A DNA stretch of 64,000 nucleotides from Microgenomates group bacterium. Lineage in GTDB: Bacteria; Patescibacteriota; Microgenomatia; Daviesbacterales; UBA10151. A program made the position numbers and the translations under genes. The notes under the pieces were generated by a model. That model saw nothing but the letters and a program-made list of their open reading frames with translations. It was not told the DNA's origin and ran no database searches. Positions 57,899 through 64,000 of this stretch are shown piece by piece (within the stretch, counting starts at the first letter, position 1; each line of letters starts with the position of its first letter). Location of the stretch: contig JBAZXP010000001.1 in NCBI GenBank assembly GCA_041659805.1, positions 640,589-704,588 of the forward strand. Direction: 5' to 3'.

Positions 57899-59331
57899 AT
57901 AATTTAAAATTTTTCAGGCTTTATTTATCAAGGCTTTCTCGTCGCTATTACCAGAAACTGGTTAATTCTTCAAAGGATTTTTCTTTTAAGAGGCTTGCTA
58001 TAGGGACTGTTTACATCTTTTTTATACTTTTGGTTTTTGTTGTAATCTTTTTATTTTGGAGGAGAAATCAGGTAAGTGTAACTTGTCCCTCCATTTCAGA
58101 GGGTATTGTGGGAGCATATGATAATTCGAATCTGCCTTCGAGTGTAACAGCTCTTTTGTCCGATTCCTTATTTCAATTAGATAAAACCGGTAGTCCGGCT
58201 GCAAGATTGGTTGAAAATATTAGTTCAAATCAAGAAAATACAGAATTTAATTTAACTTTAAAAAAGAATTTGGTTTGGAATGATGGGGTAAAAGTTAAAT
58301 CTTCCGATATAAAAATAAATTTACCTGATATTGAGGTAAACTATCCTGATGATTCAACAATTCACTTTAAATTGGCGGATTCCTTTTCACCGTTTTTGTC
58401 TTTGTTAACAACTCCGGTTTTAAAACCAAACAGCCTAATAGGGTTAGGAAAATATAAAGTAAGTTTCCAAGAGATTAATCGCGGCCATATCTCCAAATTA
58501 GTGCTGGAACCTACTGACAAAAAGAGTTGTGATGTTAATCCGTATGTTTCGATCCGTTTTTATCAGGATGAGCAAACTATTAAAACTGCCTTTAATCTGG
58601 GTGAAATAGATGCAATATTGGCAATATCTGATTTAAATGATTTTACTAAGCAACCGAATGTCGTTGTTAAAAAAATTCAAAGTTTTAATAAATTAACTGC
58701 AATTTTCTATAATTTTAAAGATACCATTTTGGATAAAAATTACAGAAAAGCCTTAAATTACTCAATTAACCCGATTGAAAACGAGGACAAGGCAAAAACA
58801 TCTATTCCTCAGATATCTTGGGCATATAATACTGATCTAAAAGAAATTCATGGTGATACTGCTTCTGCAAAGACTTTTTTGGCGAAAGTTGAAACAGGAA
58901 AAGATAAACCTGTGACACTTACAACCTCTCCATATCTTGCAAATTTAGCTCAAAAGATTGTCGAAGACTGGAAAAAGGTCGGAATTAATGCAGTAATACG
59001 CACAGAAAGTGGAAATCCGCAAAATTTCCAGGCACTATTAACGACAGTTTCTATCCCACGCGATCCTGATCAATATGCATTATGGCATTCAACCCAGGCA
59101 AATACCAACCTTTCGAAATATTCATCTCCAAGGGTAGATAAAGATCTTGAAGACGGTCGGAAAATAGGTGACACTGAAAAAAGGAAAGAAAAATATTTCG
59201 ACTTTCAGAAAGTTTTACAGGATGATGCTCCTGCATCTTTCTTATATTTTCCTAAAATAAATGTGGTATACCGTCAAAAAGCAGAAAGTAATTTAAATAA
59301 AATTTTGCCTACACAAATTACTCAGTATTAA
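57895..59331 (+). CDS. Membrane-anchored solute-binding protein, family 5 (peptide/nickel SBP-like). It is an orphan with no adjacent permease.
   Basis: N-terminal TM helix. VWNDGVKVKSSDI resembles the FHDGTPV...DV motif. The cores FNLGEIDAIL, YNFKD...YRKALNYSINP and DPDQYALWHS match the SBP_bac_5 pattern. Confidence 0.5.
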   Translation: MNNLKFFRLYLSRLSRRYYQKLVNSSKDFSFKRLAIGTVYIFFILLVFVVIFLFWRRNQVSVTCPSISEGIVGAYDNSNLPSSVTALLSDSLFQLDKTGSPAARLVENISSNQENTEFNLTLKKNLVWNDGVKVKSSDIKINLPDIEVNYPDDSTIHFKLADSFSPFLSLLTTPVLKPNSLIGLGKYKVSFQEINRGHISKLVLEPTDKKSCDVNPYVSIRFYQDEQTIKTAFNLGEIDAILAISDLNDFTKQPNVVVKKIQSFNKLTAIFYNFKDTILDKNYRKALNYSINPIENEDKAKTSIPQISWAYNTDLKEIHGDTASAKTFLAKVETGKDKPVTLTTSPYLANLAQKIVEDWKKVGINAVIRTESGNPQNFQALLTTVSIPRDPDQYALWHSTQANTNLSKYSSPRVDKDLEDGRKIGDTEKRKEKYFDFQKVLQDDAPASFLYFPKINVVYRQKAESNLNKILPTQITQY

Positions 59332-61103
59332 TTTAAGGAGACTTTTCGAATTCGGATGTTTTTGGGTGTAACTTCCACGATTTCGTCATCTGTAATATAT
59401 TCTAAGGCTCTTTCTAATGTCATGAGTTCCGGAACATTAAAATGTTCAGAAACACCTTCTCCTGCAGAACGATGATTTGTTTGTTGTTTTTCTTTACAAA
59501 CGTTAATTCTGATATCATCTTCTCTGGCGTTAGCTCCGATAACTTGTCCTGCATAAACAGGGGTTGCAGGTCCGATAAATAAATCTCCGCGACCCTGGGC
59601 TGCTAATAAGCCAAATAATTTAGTTATACCGCTTTCATGAACAACCAATGAACCTCTTTCTCTGGAGAAATTAATACCTGTGTCTTTTCTGTATTCTAAG
59701 AAGGTGCTGTTAATTATTCCGAGTCCATGAGTATCTGTGATAAATTCACTTCTGTAGCCGAAAAGTTCTTTTGTAGCAATTACAAATTCCATAGAAACAA
59801 TTCCGTTATTTTGATTCATTTCCTGCAATGCACCGTGTCGAAGGCCCATTTTTTGCATAACAGAACCTGAATAATCTTCGGGAACTTCAATTGAAACATT
59901 TTCAAACGGAGTCATAGTTATTCCGTCTATTTCTTTTTCGATAACCTGTGGTCGTGAAACTTGAAATTCGAATCCTTCACGTCTCATTCTTTCAATTAAA
60001 ATAGCTAAGTGAAGTTCACCACGTCCTGAAATAATCCATCCACCCATACCATCCTCAACTCTTAAGGCAACATCAGTTTCCAATTCTTTATAAAGTCTGT
60101 CCTGGATTTGTCTTGATGTTTTATAAACTCCCTCACGTCCCGCAAAAGGTGAGGCATTAACAGAGACTGTCATTCGGACAGTCGGTTCTTCAATATCCAA
60201 AAGTGGTAATGCTTGTGGATTATTCAAATCTGCAATTGTTTCACCGATTGTGATATCAGGAATACCTGCAATAGCACAAATGTCTCCGGCTTCGGCCGTT
60301 AAGGTTTCAATTCGTTCTAAACCTGAAAAAGTCATAAGAGAAGTTAAATGACATTTTTTTATCTCTCCGCGTCTATTTATCCAGGCAACGTCTTGTGCAG
60401 CTTTTATATTACCGTTGTAAATTCTTCCGACAGCAATTCTGCCTTTAAAATTATCACCGACAGTTGAAGTTACCAACATTTGTAAAGGTTTGTTCACATC
60501 AACTTTTGGAGCAGGAATATGTTCTAGAATCGCGTCAAAAATAGGGGTAATGTCCTGCATTTTATCTAAATCAGGTTCTAATCCTGCTTTGGCAAGCTTA
60601 CTAGAACAATAAACTGTTGGGAAATATGCAGTTTCTTCATCTGCACCAAGTTCCAGGAACAAATCAAATGTTTTATTTAAAACTTCCTGAATTCGTGCAT
60701 CAGCCTTATCGATTTTATTAATAACAACAATAATTTTATGTTTCATTTCCAAAGCCCTCTTAAGCACAAATCTGGTTTGAGGCATTGGTCCTTCTTTGGC
60801 GTCAATAAGCAATAAACATCCGTCAGCCATTTTTAAGACCCTTTCAACTTCACCACCAAAATCAGCGTGTCCCGGAGTATCTATAATATTGATTTTTGTA
60901 TCTTTCCAGATAATTGAGGCATTTTTAGAAAAGATTGTAATACCTCTTTCTTTTTCCAAATCATTACTATCCATGATTAAATGTGAGGTTTCTGTAAATT
61001 CTTTACCTAATTTGGTAGAAGACTGGCGCAGCAAGGCATCCACCAAAGTGGTTTTACCGTGATCTACGTGGGCTATAATCGCTACATTTCTGATGTTGTT
61101 CAT
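59328..61103 (-). CDS. typA: Translational GTPase TypA/BipA
   Basis: MNNIRNVAIIAHVDHGKTTLVDALL, G3 DTPGHADFGGEVER, G4 NKIDK. Length 591 aa with EF-G-like domains. Confidence 0.9.
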   Translation of the reverse strand: MNNIRNVAIIAHVDHGKTTLVDALLRQSSTKLGKEFTETSHLIMDSNDLEKERGITIFSKNASIIWKDTKINIIDTPGHADFGGEVERVLKMADGCLLLIDAKEGPMPQTRFVLKRALEMKHKIIVVINKIDKADARIQEVLNKTFDLFLELGADEETAYFPTVYCSSKLAKAGLEPDLDKMQDITPIFDAILEHIPAPKVDVNKPLQMLVTSTVGDNFKGRIAVGRIYNGNIKAAQDVAWINRRGEIKKCHLTSLMTFSGLERIETLTAEAGDICAIAGIPDITIGETIADLNNPQALPLLDIEEPTVRMTVSVNASPFAGREGVYKTSRQIQDRLYKELETDVALRVEDGMGGWIISGRGELHLAILIERMRREGFEFQVSRPQVIEKEIDGITMTPFENVSIEVPEDYSGSVMQKMGLRHGALQEMNQNNGIVSMEFVIATKELFGYRSEFITDTHGLGIINSTFLEYRKDTGINFSRERGSLVVHESGITKLFGLLAAQGRGDLFIGPATPVYAGQVIGANAREDDIRINVCKEKQQTNHRSAGEGVSEHFNVPELMTLERALEYITDDEIVEVTPKNIRIRKVSLN

Positions 61104-61235
61104 AATTCAATAAAAAAATCGCTTTCCGCGATCCCTAATGATACCATTTTTTTAACCAAAGTACAAATTACTGATCTCAAATTAAAACCTATAGTTTGAT
61201 ATTTCAAAATATTTCTGTTAAAATGTTTTTCAAAT

Positions 61236-61949
61236 ATGAGTACTTCTTCTGAAAAGGAACCAATTTCAATAAAAGAATTACTAATTAAGGCAACTTTTGC
61301 ACCTAATCGTGCTTTGAGACCTGGTGTTGAGGTAATTGATTTAGGTATTTTAGGTGAAGAAGCTGAAAGATTGCACGATCTTTCAGCTACCGGCACAAAA
61401 ATCGAATACATGTTACCTGCTATTATTACCTCTGATAGAAAAATAAAATTGCGCAAAGAAGATATTCATGGCAGTGGAAAGAGCGTGGCCTATCTAATGA
61501 AGATTCGCTTGGAAAGGAATTATACTAGACTTCCTAAAGAAAAGAGACAGGAATATTTTTTGGCTGTTGGTATACACAATCATCCTGTACCTACCCCTCC
61601 TTCCCCATGTGATTTGGGTGGCTTGTTTCTAAGTGACGAGAATCCAATCGCAAGCACAGCAGTTTTTACATCTTCCGAAGCAGAAAAAATTGTTCTTTTT
61701 CGAGGGGAAAATACTCCGGGCTGGACTCGGGATTTTATTGATCAAAAGGTAATATCTTGGGATAAGATGATAGAGGAAAGAGCGTTCGCGTCTTTAAGGC
61801 CGAACATGTTAATGCGCGAACAAACACAAACAAATCGTAGGGTGCAAATGGCTTGGTTAAGAGATGTTGTTGCTAAATATGATCTTCAGGCTTTTTCTTG
61901 TCCCATAAGAGAAAACATTGCTAGAAGAATGATATTCCCACAAAGATGA
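61236..61949 (+). CDS. Hypothetical protein, the intact copy of a tandem duplication
   Basis: A 237-aa product. Its N-terminal 100 aa are about 55% identical to the next ORF (KELLIKATFAPNRALRPGVEVIDLGILGEEAERLHD versus KELLIEATFASNRALRPAVDLIDLEELGLESERIYD). No known motif. Confidence 0.45.
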   Translation: MSTSSEKEPISIKELLIKATFAPNRALRPGVEVIDLGILGEEAERLHDLSATGTKIEYMLPAIITSDRKIKLRKEDIHGSGKSVAYLMKIRLERNYTRLPKEKRQEYFLAVGIHNHPVPTPPSPCDLGGLFLSDENPIASTAVFTSSEAEKIVLFRGENTPGWTRDFIDQKVISWDKMIEERAFASLRPNMLMREQTQTNRRVQMAWLRDVVAKYDLQAFSCPIRENIARRMIFPQR

Positions 61950-62405
61950 GTATATTTAATGAAGGAGCACCAAACCCAGTAAAAGAGCTATTAATAGAGG
62001 CTACCTTTGCTTCTAACCGTGCTTTGAGGCCAGCTGTTGATCTAATTGATTTAGAGGAATTGGGTTTAGAGTCTGAGAGGATTTATGATAAATCTGTTTC
62101 TGGAGAGTGTTTAGATAGGGTTGAGTGCTTGTTGCCTGCTAGTGTTACAGCTGATAGAAAACTGGAATTGCATGGAGAAGAAATAGGCAGATTGCATCTT
62201 AAGGCGAGCAGTATGTTAGATATAGGATTAGATCTAAATTTTTATAAACTTCCTAAAGAACAGTGACAAGAACTTTATATAGCTACAGGTATTCGTAATT
62301 ATCCAATGCCTAAGTGGCCTTATCCTCCTTAAGGCTTTTTCCTGTCCTTTGAGAGAAAATATTGCCAGAAGGATGGTATTTGGAGAGGGTCTTAAATGAG
62401 AAAAG
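61946..62405 (+). pseudogene. Decayed tandem paralog of 61236-61949, with an in-frame nonsense codon and an internal deletion
   Basis: The 106-aa ORF at 61946-62266 aligns to the paralog's N-terminus. At the position of AGA (Arg) in copy A, copy B has TGA. The sequence downstream at 62267-62340 still aligns (QELYIATGIRNYPMPKWPYPP versus QEYFLAVGIHNHPVPTPPSP). The region 62321-62400 aligns to the last 25 codons of copy A, with the middle missing. Confidence 0.5.
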
Positions 62406-62443
62406 ATGACAGCTCATATTAAATTCTAGCTCTTTTGTGCTTA

Positions 62444-63196
62444 TCAGCGGATTTCGTAGCTCAGAGTAACATTAATTATTACTTCATTAGAACCTGTTTC
62501 AAGCTTTGTCTCAGGAGTAGCAGCCAGATTTGCCCCTCCAAGTCCCATTGCTCGGATAATAGGGCTTCCGCCGGTGTTTTCACTGTAATTAACAATCTTA
62601 CCTAAAGTGAAACCTGCAATTTTTGCAGCATCTTCGGCTTTTTTCTTGGCTGCAGCTACTGCTTTTGTTCTGGCCTCATTTTCAGCAGAAGTTGTGTCTG
62701 TTGAATCAAAACCCAGATTATTGACATTATTTGCTCCAGCTTGGGTTGCAGCATCAATTACTTTTCCTGCTTCATCAATTTTTCTGACCTTAACAGTTAA
62801 ATTTGTGTTGGCACTGTATCCTGTTATTCTTTGGGGGCCGCCTGAATAATCATAAGTCGGATTTATGTTGTAATTTGCGGTTTGAATATCTTTGGAATCT
62901 ATTCCAAGTGCTTTAACACTCTCAGAAACTTTGCCAATTATTTGATTAACCTTATCCTGAACTTCTTTTGTAGTAGTGCCCGTTGCAGAAACTCCTGCAG
63001 ATATGGTTGCAAAATCAGGTTTAATTGTAGATTTACCCTCTCCTGTTACGTCAAAGGTAGTAGTTTTAGTTGTGGAGGTAGAATTTACCTGAAAGGGAAT
63101 AGGTCCTACAAATTTGGTATAAATGAATAGAAGAATAAAAAAGATTATTAGTGTAGCTGTTGAGCTTCCAATTTGTTTAAGCATAATCTTACTCAA
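62444..63196 (-). CDS. SIMPL-domain (DUF541) periplasmic/membrane-anchored protein
   Basis: N-terminal TM helix. ISAGVSATGTTTKEVQDKVNQIIGKV...YNINPTYDY...ITGYSANTNLTVKVR matches the SIMPL/26-kDa periplasmic immunogenic protein family. Confidence 0.65.
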   Translation of the reverse strand: MSKIMLKQIGSSTATLIIFFILLFIYTKFVGPIPFQVNSTSTTKTTTFDVTGEGKSTIKPDFATISAGVSATGTTTKEVQDKVNQIIGKVSESVKALGIDSKDIQTANYNINPTYDYSGGPQRITGYSANTNLTVKVRKIDEAGKVIDAATQAGANNVNNLGFDSTDTTSAENEARTKAVAAAKKKAEDAAKIAGFTLGKIVNYSENTGGSPIIRAMGLGGANLAATPETKLETGSNEVIINVTLSYEIR

Positions 63197-63217
63197 ATAA
63201 TACGTCAGTTAAATACT

Positions 63218-64000
63218 TTATGCAAGAATTTCCTGAATCTCTGAGTTAAATTCTTCTATGGTCGCATGCCTTTTTCTATAATCAGGAGCCAAGGCTCTTC
63301 TTAAACTATGTGATAATAGCTTTTGTTTTGTGCTTGGTAAGATGTCGCCATAGGCAGCACTTAAAGGGACAGGTAATTCTACATCTTCAACAAATGCTTC
63401 TCTGTCTAATTTACTTTTCCGGCAAGTTAGGGATTCAAATATTACTGTTGCAAAAGAAAAAACATCCGATTGGATATGTAATCTACCCTTGCCTTTTGTT
63501 GCCAGTGTAAATTGTTCTGGTGGTGCGTAATTATTTGATATATCACAGCTGATATCAGGGCTAGTGCTCCCGGCTTCCGTAATTGGAAAACTGTTACTAA
63601 AGTCGACTACTTTTACCTTACCCTCTTCATTAAACATAATATTTGACGGTTTAATATCGCCGTGGACGTATCCTATCATGTTAATATGGGATAAGGCAGT
63701 TGCCGTCTGATCGATGGTTGATGCTAGCCAATGTAAAGGAAGATTTAAACTAGGTTTTTGTATTTGATCTTTTAAAGTCCCCCCGTGTAGCCATTCCATA
63801 ATTATGCATGGGTCAGCATTTTTGGAAACCGCCATACCTAGAAATTGAGTTATATGTGGATTGGTAGCCTGATCCATTAACTCAGCTTCTTTTAATAAGG
63901 TTGGGATAGGCCCGGTTTTTGCTGCAACGATATTTCCAGTGGCATTATCTCTAATTTTTAAAATGAAAGATTTAATTTTGCTTAAACCTTTTACGGGTAG
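63218..64000 (-). CDS. Eukaryotic-like Ser/Thr protein kinase. The N-terminus lies beyond the window end.
   Basis: The VAAK region (NIVAAKTGPIP) is upstream of the track's Met. The catalytic loop is YVHGDIKPSNIMF, the DFG-like motif is VVDFS, and the APE-like motif is YAPPE. The ORF stays open to position 64000. Confidence 0.7.
   Translation of the reverse strand, partial: LPVKGLSKIKSFILKIRDNATGNIVAAKTGPIPTLLKEAELMDQATNPHITQFLGMAVSKNADPCIIMEWLHGGTLKDQIQKPSLNLPLHWLASTIDQTATALSHINMIGYVHGDIKPSNIMFNEEGKVKVVDFSNSFPITEAGSTSPDISCDISNNYAPPEQFTLATKGKGRLHIQSDVFSFATVIFESLTCRKSKLDREAFVEDVELPVPLSAAYGDILPSTKQKLLSHSLRRALAPDYRKRHATIEEFNSEIQEILA

Noticed and set aside
61100-61456. 118-aa minus-strand ORF
   Set aside because: It overlaps the typA start and the plus-strand duplicated gene and has no motif. 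Likely spurious.
62267-62405. Possible UGA-recoding (code 25) reading the TGA in the duplicated paralog as Gly
   Set aside because: TGA clearly terminates many well-conserved genes here, including gatA, the P2 ORF and the Wzt-adjacent genes, so genetic code 11 applies and the second copy is a pseudogene.

Overview
This 64-kb window looks like a low-GC (about 33-36%), gene-dense, streamlined bacterial chromosome, probably a Patescibacteria/CPR-type lineage. Evidence for that placement is the many small secreted or membrane proteins, SipW/TasA-like and LTD (lamin tail domain) proteins, a short UvrC and dispersed single tRNAs. Genetic code 11 applies, because TGA is used as a stop (for example at the gatA/gatB overlap). 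About 70 protein genes and five tRNAs are supportable: Thr-CGT, Gly-CCC, Asp-GTC, Glu-TTC and Lys-TTT. There is no rRNA and no CRISPR array.

The housekeeping core comprises:
- an ABC-transporter-dependent glycan (O-antigen-like) export and glycosyltransferase cluster at 1-7078;
- a long plus-strand run at 13431-25700 carrying polX, lemA, htpX, obg, gatCAB, dnaE, rplS, rnhB and yraN;
- a MacAB-like efflux trio;
- rsmI, dedA, lexA, uvrB, uvrA and uvrC in one neighbourhood;
- secG, typA, a SIMPL-domain protein and a eukaryotic-like Ser/Thr kinase.

The loci most worth a second look are:
1. A two-gene island at 7913-10674 bracketed by tRNA-Thr and tRNA-Gly. It encodes a 3-TM protein and a roughly 600-aa protein whose C-terminal half carries a textbook PD-(D/E)xK signature (IIDSASFVFIVETK). 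It is driven by an extended -10 promoter (TGATATAAT) ending 7 nt before the start codon, so its mRNA is leaderless. This is a candidate undescribed defence or abortive-infection-like module.
2. A secreted-fibre locus at 43365-48268. It holds a TasA/camelysin-like protein with a SipW-cognate signal peptide, a SipW-type signal peptidase, a second SipW-cognate substrate with a lamin-tail domain, a third TasA-like domain fused to an FN3-like module and a polytopic membrane anchor, and a sortase-fold protein in which the catalytic His and the TLxTC Cys appear substituted. This locus sits divergently from lexA, with a terminator-like hairpin inside its 5' leader.
3. A translationally coupled RelE/ParE-like toxin module at 41601-42460, next to lexA.
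4. A tandem gene duplication with one decayed copy at 61236-62405.
5. A promoter-equipped non-coding stretch of about 300 bp upstream of tRNA-Lys that may encode a small RNA.

All functional calls are from motif recognition by eye. No database searches were run.
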